Assembly: GCA_937898195.1 (NCBI GenBank) | Contig: CALEJD010000040.1 | Span: 24,052 to 88,051, forward strand | Origin: an uncultured Clostridia bacterium | GTDB taxonomy: Bacteria > Bacillota > Clostridia > Oscillospirales > Acutalibacteraceae | Direction: 5' to 3' | DNA length: 64,000 nt | The notes under the pieces: model-generated | Told to the model about the DNA's origin: nothing | The model's input: the letters and a program-made list of their open reading frames with translations, nothing else | Database searches by the model: none | Shown: positions 46,794-55,250 of the stretch, piece by piece | Layout of the letters: each line of letters opens with the position of its first letter | How positions within the stretch are numbered: position 1 is the first letter of the stretch | Translations under genes and position numbers: made by a program

Positions 46794-47637
46794 TATCTTT
46801 TATTTTACTCATGGAATCACCATTATTTACATATATTTCCACGGCGTAGTCTTGGATGTTTTGGAACGCAGTGGCATCATACGTTAACCTACCGTGTACT
46901 TTCCATTTGGGGTCGCCCCGCAGAAGCATCCGCTCTTCTCTCACATCTTCATCTGCATCAATGTAAATTACCATAGGAATTTTCTTCCCATCATAATGTT
47001 TGAGCAGATACTCCACTCCATCAACATCAATGACATACAAATCTGCTTCGTCAATCTGTTCTCTGGTTGCTCCATATAATTCGCCGTTGTAATTGGTAAC
47101 AGCACACATGTTTTCCAATTCATTAAATTTCTTCTCTGAAACAAAGATGTGCGCATCGTCAAACACATTGCGTCTTTGTCTTGTGGTGTATGATTTGACT
47201 TCCTTCAACCCATAGGTTTCTCGCATGTATCTGCACAACATAGATTTGCCGCTCCCAGATTTACCTACGATTAAAATAATATAATCACTCATTGTTCTTT
47301 TCGTCCCTAATTTCTTTTGATACTCTTTTTCCTTTTCTAATGAAGCAATCTCTTTCTTTCTTGATAACAACACACGGATACTTTCGTCTTGTAAGTATCC
47401 ATACACTTTTCTTAATGGGTAGCCGTGCTTGAGCATATCTTTCGCTTTGAATTCTACAAACATTGGCACGTTGCTCAAATCACAATACCTTGATACTTTA
47501 AGACAATTATTTTCTAATTCTTTTTTCTTCCTACGTTTTGCTATCCAATCTTGAAGTTGAATGAATCCAAATGCCATGGTGCCAAATGTGACGATAATCG
47601 CAACACATAGCAACAAAATTGTTGTAAACTTAACCAT
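46750..47637 (-). CDS. guanylate-kinase-like nucleotide kinase with an N-terminal transmembrane anchor
   Basis: TM segment FTTILLLCVAIIVTFGTMAFGFI; P-loop GKSGSGKS followed by SYTTRQRR. Confidence 0.6.
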   Translation of the reverse strand: MVKFTTILLLCVAIIVTFGTMAFGFIQLQDWIAKRRKKKELENNCLKVSRYCDLSNVPMFVEFKAKDMLKHGYPLRKVYGYLQDESIRVLLSRKKEIASLEKEKEYQKKLGTKRTMSDYIILIVGKSGSGKSMLCRYMRETYGLKEVKSYTTRQRRNVFDDAHIFVSEKKFNELENMCAVTNYNGELYGATREQIDEADLYVIDVDGVEYLLKHYDGKKIPMVIYIDADEDVREERMLLRGDPKWKVHGRLTYDATAFQNIQDYAVEIYVNNGDSMSKIKDIAREIYGKYFKKEE

Positions 47638-48467
47638 CAGAACACCTCAATATCCATCGTGTCTCTAACTACCTTCTGTTCATTCCTAATCTTGGCGTAA
47701 CGTGTAGTAACACTGATATCGCTATGCCCCATACATAATTGAATTCTTTCAAGTGGCACATTGTGGTCAAGCATGGACGTTGCCCACAGATGTCTAAAGG
47801 AATGGTTGTGAACATTCTTATCAACTCCAGCCTTTTTAGCGGCGAGTTTAAGAGACTTATTAATCCCTTCCTTCGTCATCGGTGTGCCATTATTACTAAC
47901 AAATAAGTTGTCGATGCAATTATTGCGGATGGTCATATAATGGTTAATATACTCCATGGTCTTGTCATTAATATGTACCATCCTGCGCTTGCCACCCTTG
48001 CCAAGAATATTTACATCATTACCATTAAAGTCATCAACCTTTATGCTAATCAGTTCAGATACACGCATACCAGTAGAAGCCAAGGTTGCCATGATTGCCT
48101 TGGTTCTAACACCATTAGCCGTACACCCTACAGCATTAAGCATCATGTTTACGTCTTCCGATGTTAGCGTTGGCTCTACTTTGTTGGTAATGCGTGGGGG
48201 TTTTAGTTTCTTGGTGGGATTGGATTCCAGCACATCAATGTCAAAAAGAAAATCATAGTATCTTTTCACAGACCCTATACGCCTTGCGATGGTTGCGCTG
48301 GACAGACCTTCGTTGGTCATACAGTTCTTCCACTCAAGCAGGTCTGCGAGTGTGATTTCTTCTTCTGGTTTGTTGACATAGTTAAGCATAGATGTGATGT
48401 CTGCGCCATAACTTGCCTTCGTATTCTCATTATTGAATGTTCCAAGATAAAGATTTAATTTATTCAT
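47637..48467 (-). CDS. tyrosine recombinase (XerC/D / phage integrase family)
   Basis: R in GMRVSEL, HSFRHLW, GHSDISVTTRYAK (R-H-R-H/Y catalytic pattern). Confidence 0.8.
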   Translation of the reverse strand: MNKLNLYLGTFNNENTKASYGADITSMLNYVNKPEEEITLADLLEWKNCMTNEGLSSATIARRIGSVKRYYDFLFDIDVLESNPTKKLKPPRITNKVEPTLTSEDVNMMLNAVGCTANGVRTKAIMATLASTGMRVSELISIKVDDFNGNDVNILGKGGKRRMVHINDKTMEYINHYMTIRNNCIDNLFVSNNGTPMTKEGINKSLKLAAKKAGVDKNVHNHSFRHLWATSMLDHNVPLERIQLCMGHSDISVTTRYAKIRNEQKVVRDTMDIEVF

Positions 48468-48516
48468 TTGATTATTTTCTTTCTGTTTTGGATTTTTATT
48501 TTATCTTGCTATATAT

Positions 48517-48545
48517 ATTATACTACTCTTATGACGAAATGTCAA
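48517..48545 (-). promoter_or_regulatory. consensus promoter directly upstream of the recombinase gene
   Basis: TTGACA-17 nt-TATAAT; the -35 box lies inside the 3' end of the methylase gene. Confidence 0.65.
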
Positions 48546-49290
48546 GCGCTTTCTCTATTCTTTCTTTCGAAATATTAAAATATTGTTCTTCTAATTCTAT
48601 CCCTATAAAATCTCGATTTGTATTTATGCATGCTATTCCTGTTGAGCCAGACCCCATGCAATTATCAAGAACAAGATTCTTTTCTTCTGTATAAGTTTTA
48701 ATTAAATACTCAAGTAATTCTGTTGGTTTTTGTGTTGGGTGCAATCTCTGTCTTGGTGGCACTGGTGGAAATTTTATAATACTGCTTGGATGTTTATCTG
48801 TGTATGTATTATACTGTTTTTTCATATTATTATTATGCAACATTTTGCATGTATTCAATCCACCACCATTATAGACAGGCTTATCTCTTTGAATTTTTTG
48901 TGGATAATAAACCATAGATGTATCATTACTTGTATAGCATGCTTTACCATCACTAAACACACATATTAATTCATGTATTCTACCACATTGATAATTCATT
49001 ACTTGAAAATTACTTGGCTTTCCTTTATCCCAAATCCAATCGTATTTATAATCTTCTAAATTACTATATCTTAATGTAGTTGCAAATGGTTCATTAGCGA
49101 ATAAAACTATTGCATGTAATGGTTTAATGATTCTTTTATATTGTTCCCACAGAGCGTCAAATGGAATCACGCTATCCCACTTACAAGCAGTGCTCCCATA
49201 TGGTAGGTCACATAATATCATATCTATACATTGGTCTGGAATATCATTCATTAATTCGATACAGTCGCCATGATATATATTATATTTCAT
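48529..49290 (-). CDS. DNA methyltransferase, N6A/N4C beta class
   Basis: N-terminal ILCDLPYG (DPPY-type) and C-terminal DNCMGSGSTG (FxGxG-type). Confidence 0.8.
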   Translation of the reverse strand: MKYNIYHGDCIELMNDIPDQCIDMILCDLPYGSTACKWDSVIPFDALWEQYKRIIKPLHAIVLFANEPFATTLRYSNLEDYKYDWIWDKGKPSNFQVMNYQCGRIHELICVFSDGKACYTSNDTSMVYYPQKIQRDKPVYNGGGLNTCKMLHNNNMKKQYNTYTDKHPSSIIKFPPVPPRQRLHPTQKPTELLEYLIKTYTEEKNLVLDNCMGSGSTGIACINTNRDFIGIELEEQYFNISKERIEKALDISS

Positions 49291-49495
49291 TTAATACCCT
49301 CTCCACTTCTGATGTATGTTTAATCCAGTTTATCATTTCTTCTTCTGTATTGCCTGTAATCATCTTTTCATTATCCCATGCTTGACAATCTAAATATGAA
49401 TCAACAATGTCTAAAAGCATGTTATTATTGAACACATATCCCTTATATGTTAGATATTCTGAAAATATATTTTTTATCGTTCTATTGTTATCCAT
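49280..49495 (-). CDS. hypothetical protein
   Basis: Lies between the two methylase paralogs. Confidence 0.55.
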   Translation of the reverse strand: MDNNRTIKNIFSEYLTYKGYVFNNNMLLDIVDSYLDCQAWDNEKMITGNTEEEMINWIKHTSEVERVLNEI

Positions 49496-49497
49496 TA

Positions 49498-50244
49498 TTA
49501 CTTCTTTTGATTACTTATATTTTCTATCCTTTCTTTTGCGATATTAAAATACCCTTCGTTTAATTCCATCCCAATAAATTTACGATTTGTATTTATACAA
49601 GCAACACCTGTGGAGCCAGAACCCATGCAGTTATCAAGAACTACATCGTTTTCATTTGTAAATGTTTTAATTAGATTTTCCAATAATTTAATTGGCTTCT
49701 GAGTTGGATGCAAGTTGCTTGTCAAGCAATCACGTTGATATTTCCAGACTTGCGTCGGGTATCGCCAACCAGTATCTTTATATTCAAATACCCTCTTTTC
49801 TTGTTGGTCAGTTAGCGTGCCTAATTTGCCATTCTTTACTTTATTACTCCTTGGCTTACCATCATACTTTATCATTTGCGGGTTATATGTTGGTTGCTTA
49901 TTATAAAATATTGATATTGTTTCTATTGTTTTACCAACACGCTTTTTAACTTGATTGACGTTAGTTAATCTTTCTTTTTCCCAATATATATCATATTTAT
50001 ACCACGACAGATTTGAACATCGCAATAAACTGCTAAATGGTTCTTGTCCAAATAATGCAATGACACCATTAGACTTAATAATACGCACATATTCCTTCCA
50101 TAAATCATTAAATGGGATAATTGTGTCCCATTTACATGCAGTTGTACCATAAGGCAAATCACACAATATCATATCTACGCTACCACTTGGAATGTCCTGC
50201 ATTAATTCTATGCAATCGCCTTCATGTATTTCAAAATCACTCAC
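49498..50244 (-). CDS. DNA methyltransferase, N6A/N4C beta class (paralog of 48529..49290)
   Basis: Motifs ILCDLPYGTTACKWD and LDNCMGSGSTG. Confidence 0.8.
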   Translation of the reverse strand: MSDFEIHEGDCIELMQDIPSGSVDMILCDLPYGTTACKWDTIIPFNDLWKEYVRIIKSNGVIALFGQEPFSSLLRCSNLSWYKYDIYWEKERLTNVNQVKKRVGKTIETISIFYNKQPTYNPQMIKYDGKPRSNKVKNGKLGTLTDQQEKRVFEYKDTGWRYPTQVWKYQRDCLTSNLHPTQKPIKLLENLIKTFTNENDVVLDNCMGSGSTGVACINTNRKFIGMELNEGYFNIAKERIENISNQKK

Positions 50245-50265
50245 TTTAATACCTTTCCCTTATTA

Positions 50266-51077
50266 TTAAATACTTTGTAATCTGTTTTTTATAATCTCAC
50301 AATAATCCTCACTCAATTCTATACCAACCCATCTTCTGTTAGTTAGAGTAGCCATTTTTGCAGTCGTTCCACTTCCCATAAATGGGTCTAAAATTATATC
50401 GTTTTCGTTAGACCAAGAAAGTATATGGTCTTTTACTAAACTTTCTGGGAATGGTGCTGGATGCTTTTTAGAAAACTCGTCATGACCTGTAGTTTGGTTA
50501 TATTTCCATATATTGAACCTTCTTCCCATTTTTTTAGTCTCTATCTTACGATACTTTCTACCTTCGTCTGCTGTATATTTATCTCTATTCGTGTTTACGA
50601 CACTATTGCCAACAACTTTATTTTCTCTGTCATATATTAAATTATACGTTGATATTTTTCCTTTAGAAAGTACAAACATATATTCAAAATTTTGAATATA
50701 ACATTTATTACTTCCACATGCACCCACACCATTTTTTTCATATATCATAGTATCGAGTACATTCCAACCAATTTCTTTGAAATATAACGCTTGCTTGAAG
50801 GAAGTTAAAGATTCACAACCGTCTTTTGTTGCATCACCCACAATCCAAACACAAGCCCCCCCGTCTTGGTTACTCTTAACAATTCTTTAGCAACATTTTC
50901 AAAATCAAAAGAATATCCTTCTTTGTATTTTCTTAAATCGTCGTATGGTGGACTTGTAACAGTCAAATCAATACATTCATCATCTATGTCTCTTAATTTC
51001 TTAACACAATCTCCTTGAAGCAAGAATCCAGACTTGTCTTTATAATATGATGTTTTATATAATTCTCTTAAATTCAT
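50266..51077 (-). pseudogene. SPPY-type DNA methyltransferase interrupted by a frameshift at a G7 tract (C7 at 50856..50862 on the plus strand)
   Basis: N-terminal ORF (TSPPYDD...RVTKTGG) and C-terminal ORF (ACVWIVGDATKDG...PFMGSGTT) join into one ~270-aa methylase if the run has 8 G. Confidence 0.75.
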
Positions 51078-51223
51078 TATTCCTTCTCCTTAAACTTTTT
51101 ACACCTTTTACCACACTCGCATTTACGCAATTCGCCAGTCTTTCCAAAGTAATCGCAGAACTTATCCCATCCATAAATATAGATATCATCTTGATATTCG
51201 CACTTATTACATCTTTCGTCCAT
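51077..51223 (-). CDS. 48-aa Cys-rich protein (CNKC...CECGKRC)
   Basis: SD AGGAG 9 nt upstream; TAATG junction with the downstream gene. Confidence 0.5.
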   Translation of the reverse strand: MDERCNKCEYQDDIYIYGWDKFCDYFGKTGELRKCECGKRCKKFKEKE

Positions 51224-51235
51224 CTTTCTTATCTC

Positions 51236-51316
51236 CTATCCTTTCTTATCAATCATCGTGTTCCATATGGCTCCACTAAAGAAACCAAACACAAACGCTA
51301 CTGTTAATGCTACCAT
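51236..51316 (-). CDS. 26-aa hydrophobic micro-protein
   Basis: SD AGGAG 5 nt upstream; starts just after the upstream stop. Confidence 0.3.
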   Translation of the reverse strand: MVALTVAFVFGFFSGAIWNTMIDKKG

Positions 51317-51317
51317 A

Positions 51318-51629
51318 TTATCTCCTTGCGTTTATACGTTCTATAACATCTTCTGCGGTAAGAAATCCAACAACAGTATCGCCATCTGTTTTCGGGTCAA
51401 CAATGTTGCCATAAATCTCCAGAAGTCCATCTTCATATCCATAAGAACCGTACTGACACATAGCGTCCCATTCACATTCCTTGCCGTCTTTAGGTACACA
51501 AATTTGATGTCTGTCCATAATATATACTGACAAATCTTCATCACATTCCCACCGATGACTAACTTCGTATCTCTCGTATGGTATGTTGTTTTCTTTTAGA
51601 TACACTTCCAGTTTATCGAGTTCGCTCAT
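51318..51629 (-). CDS. hypothetical protein
   Basis: Lies within the operon. Confidence 0.6.
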   Translation of the reverse strand: MSELDKLEVYLKENNIPYERYEVSHRWECDEDLSVYIMDRHQICVPKDGKECEWDAMCQYGSYGYEDGLLEIYGNIVDPKTDGDTVVGFLTAEDVIERINARR

Positions 51630-52291
51630 TATCTATTCTCCTTTAGCCATTTACAATATTCATCCCAATATCCATGCTTGTGTAGCCAGTTATTAGCCTT
51701 TAACATTTCCAACTTCATTTGTGCTTTAGCGTTTGCTCCACAATGAGATTCAATAAATTCATCTTGCGACCTTGCAATCTGCAAACCTTTGAGTTCACCC
51801 CTTGCTTTTTTATATTTGTCCATATCCTTCTCCGGTATGGTATAGGGGGCTTTAGGTAGGTTCCGATTACTAAATGGGGATATGGATGCGCCACTCGTTT
51901 TCAATTTTATAATTGGGGCAAGCGCATCTAAATGCTTGGCATCAAATGTGAAGTACACTTCCCAATCCATAATATCCACATCGTTTACGAATCCAGCGTT
52001 ATGCAATTCATCCACAATTTTATCAACAGATTTACCCCCAACCTTACCAATTACGGACTCGTAATAACTACGCAGGACATTGGTTCCTAATTTCAGTTTT
52101 GGACAGTAGCATGCCAATTCGCTACCAACGCCATGCTTGATTTCAATTCCAGAGCGTCCACTCAAGTAAAAATCTCCAAATGATTCTTCAAGGTTGCCAT
52201 CTTCGTCTCGCACAAAATCATTTGTGCTCTGGTCATAATGCGCCTTAACCCTATACTTCCCTTTATAATGCTGTGCCAGATAGTTATCCAT
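51629..52291 (-). CDS. hypothetical protein
   Basis: ATG 52291 lies 8 nt after AAGGTGA (the track ORF starts at TTG 52330). Confidence 0.6.
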   Translation of the reverse strand: MDNYLAQHYKGKYRVKAHYDQSTNDFVRDEDGNLEESFGDFYLSGRSGIEIKHGVGSELACYCPKLKLGTNVLRSYYESVIGKVGGKSVDKIVDELHNAGFVNDVDIMDWEVYFTFDAKHLDALAPIIKLKTSGASISPFSNRNLPKAPYTIPEKDMDKYKKARGELKGLQIARSQDEFIESHCGANAKAQMKLEMLKANNWLHKHGYWDEYCKWLKENR

Positions 52292-52400
52292 TTTTCTTAT
52301 CACCTTCTTTTGTGGTACTGGAGAACACAATGCGTTTCTCCCCAGCCTTCTTGGGTCTGCCTACAAAGGCATAATTCGATTTCGATTTTGATTTTTCCAT
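52284..52400 (-). CDS. 38-aa basic protein with a GRPKK (AT-hook-like) motif; first ORF of the long leftward operon
   Basis: SD GGAGGT 7 nt upstream; directly downstream of the promoter at 52427..52455. Confidence 0.45.
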   Translation of the reverse strand: MEKSKSKSNYAFVGRPKKAGEKRIVFSSTTKEGDKKNG

Positions 52401-52426
52401 ATCGCTTACCTCCTTCGCTTGCCTAT

Positions 52427-52455
52427 ATTATACCACAAGTTGTGTCGCATGTCAA
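52427..52455 (-). promoter_or_regulatory. perfect consensus promoter heading the replication module
   Basis: TTGACA-tgcgacacaacttgtgg-TATAAT. Confidence 0.75.
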
Positions 52456-52466
52456 CAACTTTTGCA

Positions 52467-52620
52467 GGGGGTGGTTATCCAAATTTCATTTTGAAAACAA
52501 AGTCGCATACTAAAAATCTGATTTCAATTTTCTTTTTTCAACCGGGTGGTTATCCAAATATATATGGCTGAATACGATTTTAATTTAGGATTTTGATTTC
52601 AATTTTCATTTTACCAAAAA
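52467..52620. repeat. repeat block 1: two GGGTGGTTATCCAAAT boxes plus TGATTTCAATTTTC units
   Basis: Boxes at 52467-52484 and 52544-52559; TGATTTCAATTTTC at about 52519 and about 52594; homologous to 61849..61990. Confidence 0.8.
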
Positions 52621-53112
52621 TTGGCACCACCTGCTACCATATACATATACCCTAATTCCTTTAGAAAAATTGAGATAATGATACCTATTTTCGATTTTAT
52701 ATACGATGTGGATACATTACTCATATAGTATATATCCATTCGTTATAACGTGAGTAACGTAACATATTATATTATGGTATATGCGTTATATATATAGATA
52801 TATGTATATACATAATGCATATTGATATGTTATATGTTACGCCGTTTTGCTTCATCGTAGCGTCGTGGCTCAACTCGATGCCAAGATATACATGTTCATT
52901 GACATTTGCGTTTAGATTATCTACGACACGTTCATAATTAAATTTATTTGCTATCGTTTTGGTGTAGGTTGGCTTTTGTTTATATATTATGCTTTCATTA
53001 AACACAATGTTAAAATTACAACGATACATTGAAGCAAAATCAACAACACGCTTTAATAAATCAAAATAACAAAACAAAATTTATTAACATAAAACGTGTT
53101 AATAAATCAAGA

Positions 53113-53150
53113 TAAGGTGTTTAGTTCTAACTTTCATACTAAACACCTTA
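53113..53150. terminator. perfect 13-bp stem hairpin (possible end of a leftward non-coding transcript)
   Basis: TAAGGTGTTTAGT-12 nt-ACTAAACACCTTA. Confidence 0.45.
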
Positions 53151-53455
53151 AACAAAATGGAGGTAAAAAAATGAAAAACACGCTTTCCTTCTTTTTATTT
53201 TTCAAAATCAATTTATAAAACAAAATTAATTTTGAATTTTGAAAATTGAATAATATTTTTGTGGGAGTTTTTGTTTTGCGCACTTTACCCCTTCGCTCGT
53301 CGCAAGCCTATATATTATGGGGGAAACTGATTGCGCGTACTTTACCCCTTTTCACACACCCTATACGCTTTCACACGCTAATGCGTTAATGCGCGTCGCA
53401 CTTTATCACGTTATCACGCTAATGCTTTAGCGAATGAAAGTGCATAATTATTCAC

Positions 53456-53530
53456 GAAGAACGTGCGTTTGCAAACATTTGTTCTTGCCGAAATCAGTCG
53501 CAAACATTCGTTCGCAAACGCACGTTCTTC
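53456..53530. repeat. perfect 17-bp inverted repeat with a 41-nt spacer
   Basis: GAAGAACGTGCGTTTGC ... GCAAACGCACGTTCTTC. Confidence 0.9.
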
Positions 53531-53752
53531 ACGTTCCCGGATACTTGTCAAAATTTTCCTGTAAATTTTTGACAAATTATTTTTTTGCATCTTGAGTGTT
53601 TGCGACTATAGATTCCAATTATCTGCCATTCCGTTCTTAAACATAACTTATTTGTTCAGATTGAACAAACAAGTTTTCTCCGTTTCTGATTCCAATTATC
53701 AGAACGTGAAATATTAAATTGTATTTTTTACTGTATCCTATTGACTATATAC

Positions 53753-53781
53753 ATTATACCACTTATTGATACTAAAGTCAA
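53753..53781 (-). promoter_or_regulatory. consensus promoter firing leftward into gene-free structured DNA
   Basis: TTGACT-17 nt-TATAAT with TGG. Confidence 0.6.
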
Positions 53782-53826
53782 GAGAAAATTTTATAAAACA
53801 TACAGAAAATATTTTTTTAAAAAATG

Positions 53827-53855
53827 TTGACAATAGATGCAAAGTATGGTATCAT
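53827..53855 (+). promoter_or_regulatory. rightward promoter, divergent from 53753..53781
   Basis: TTGACA-17 nt-TATCAT with TGG; followed by GGGGAAGTGTGAAGTGTAA and A17. Confidence 0.55.
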
Positions 53856-54121
53856 AAAAAGGGGAAGTGTGAAGTGTAAAAAAAAAAAAAAAAACGAATG
53901 GGAAACGATGGTATTTCTTATTCAAGATGCACGATTCTGTACAATATGCCCATCAGACGCTCTATTTTACGTTTTGGCGGGATTTATAATGTAAAGGATG
54001 TTTATATTGACTACCTATATAAAAGTCCATTAGAACGTAAATTAGGGCTTCCATATATTTCCAATTCAACAGAATCGGGACGCATGCTTTAATGCTTTAG
54101 TGTGATAAAGTGAATGTGGAT

Positions 54122-54158
54122 AAAAAAATGATGGTCTGTGTTAACCATCATTTTTTTT
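54122..54158. terminator. bidirectional rho-independent terminator
   Basis: A7-ATGATGGT-ctgtgtta-ACCATCAT-T8. Confidence 0.75.
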
Positions 54159-54163
54159 CTGTT

Positions 54164-54352
54164 TTATCTTTTGAGATTGTATTTTAACACCAAATCTTCG
54201 ATGTCCTCTTCTACCTCCATTCTGTTATCCGCACTTGACCAAAACTCATCATCTACATACGTTTCGTAGTGTTCCATTACTTTTCTAACCTCAATATGAT
54301 AAGCGAGCATTCTGTCATCGTACATTGTCATTCTATCTACTACGTTTTTCAT
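54164..54352 (-). CDS. 62-aa acidic early protein
   Basis: SD AGGAGGT; own promoter and terminator. Confidence 0.7.
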   Translation of the reverse strand: MKNVVDRMTMYDDRMLAYHIEVRKVMEHYETYVDDEFWSSADNRMEVEEDIEDLVLKYNLKR

Positions 54353-54393
54353 CTTATACCTCCTGTATGTTCTGATGTCTTTAACTTGATTAC

Positions 54394-54422
54394 ACTATAC
54401 CATACCATCGGTATGTTGTCAA
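54394..54422 (-). promoter_or_regulatory. early consensus promoter
   Basis: TTGACA-17 nt-TATAGT with TGG. Confidence 0.7.
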
Positions 54423-54737
54423 GTATTTTTTTTATAAATTTTTCTGCAAAATATTTTGCACCATAATTGCCATGTTTACATAGAACATCGTACACAAAAT
54501 ACTTACTACCATTTCTTTCCAATAAATCGGTAAATCGAAAAATAATAGCTTATAGGCATATGCTTCTGTTTTTCCTATCGTTTGAAATAGATTGTATAAG
54601 TACAAAAATTTCATCGAGAACAGGGGAAATCGTCGATTTAAGCGATTTTTTAAAAGAAAAGGTATTTTAGTACGCCAAACCCCCGAAACCCCCAAAACTT
54701 TAGCACGTTAAAACTTTAATGTGATAAAGTTTTGGCA

Positions 54738-54768
54738 ATAAAAAAATCGGATTAATACATCCGATTTT
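54738..54768 (-). terminator. rho-independent terminator (leftward)
   Basis: AAATCGGAT-taataca-ATCCGATTT followed by T7 on the minus strand. Confidence 0.65.
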
Positions 54769-54953
54769 CCATAATAAATATAATTCTATCCGCTAATTCA
54801 TTCATCTGTTTTTCTGTAATATGCTTCCATTTATAGCACCAATCAATTCTATTGCATATCCAATCAATGCTTTTGGTTTTGTAGTTGTATACACAATTTT
54901 ATTACTTTATCACTTTAACGCACTAAAGTTAAGGGGTAAAAATAAAAGAACAT

Positions 54954-55148
54954 TTAATGTTCTTTTATCTCTTCAAACCCAATGAAATTGATTATTGAAT
55001 ATTTCACTACATCATTATTATATCTAATAAAATTGAATGTATCATTTACCTGTTTCAGCGTTTCACCGTCAACGTGTTTAATAATTGGTGAACCAATTAA
55101 CTTACCATTGTTGTCTTTTCTGAAATAACTATAAGTGATTCTAAACAT
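54954..55148 (-). CDS. 64-aa early protein
   Basis: SD GGAGGT. Confidence 0.65.
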   Translation of the reverse strand: MFRITYSYFRKDNNGKLIGSPIIKHVDGETLKQVNDTFNFIRYNNDVVKYSIINFIGFEEIKEH

Positions 55149-55250
55149 AATATACCTCCATAAAGCTCTAATTTTAGTTTTAAACGTGTCTTATATGCTC
55201 ATTGATAGTTTATATTATCTTTATATAAAACACGCTTAAATCGCCATTTT

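Noticed and set aside
47637-48467. Transposase or IS element
   Set aside because: The catalytic signature is tyrosine-recombinase (R..HxxR..Y). There are no terminal inverted repeats, and the gene is translationally packed within the phage operon.
52772-53077. 101-aa minus-strand ORF
   Set aside because: It has a TTG start without an SD. The C-terminal third is translated from TATATA low-complexity DNA, and it sits downstream of a strong hairpin. I kept it only as a remote possibility.
53414-53590. 58-codon minus-strand ORF (MQKNNLSKIYRK...) spanning the 17-bp inverted repeat
   Set aside because: There is no SD upstream of the ATG. The perfect inverted repeat is more simply explained as an RNA or DNA structure than as coding sequence.
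53898-54092. 64-aa plus-strand ORF downstream of the rightward promoter
   Set aside because: The ATG is preceded by A17-CGA with no SD, and the composition is unlike neighbouring proteins. It cannot be excluded, but it is not supported.
54432-54695. Overlapping ORFs 54432-54695 (-) and 54467-54670 (+)
   Set aside because: Neither has an SD. The minus ORF uses a TTG start inside a repeat-rich spacer between a terminator and the next promoter. The region shares non-coding modules with 58.1-58.3 kb.
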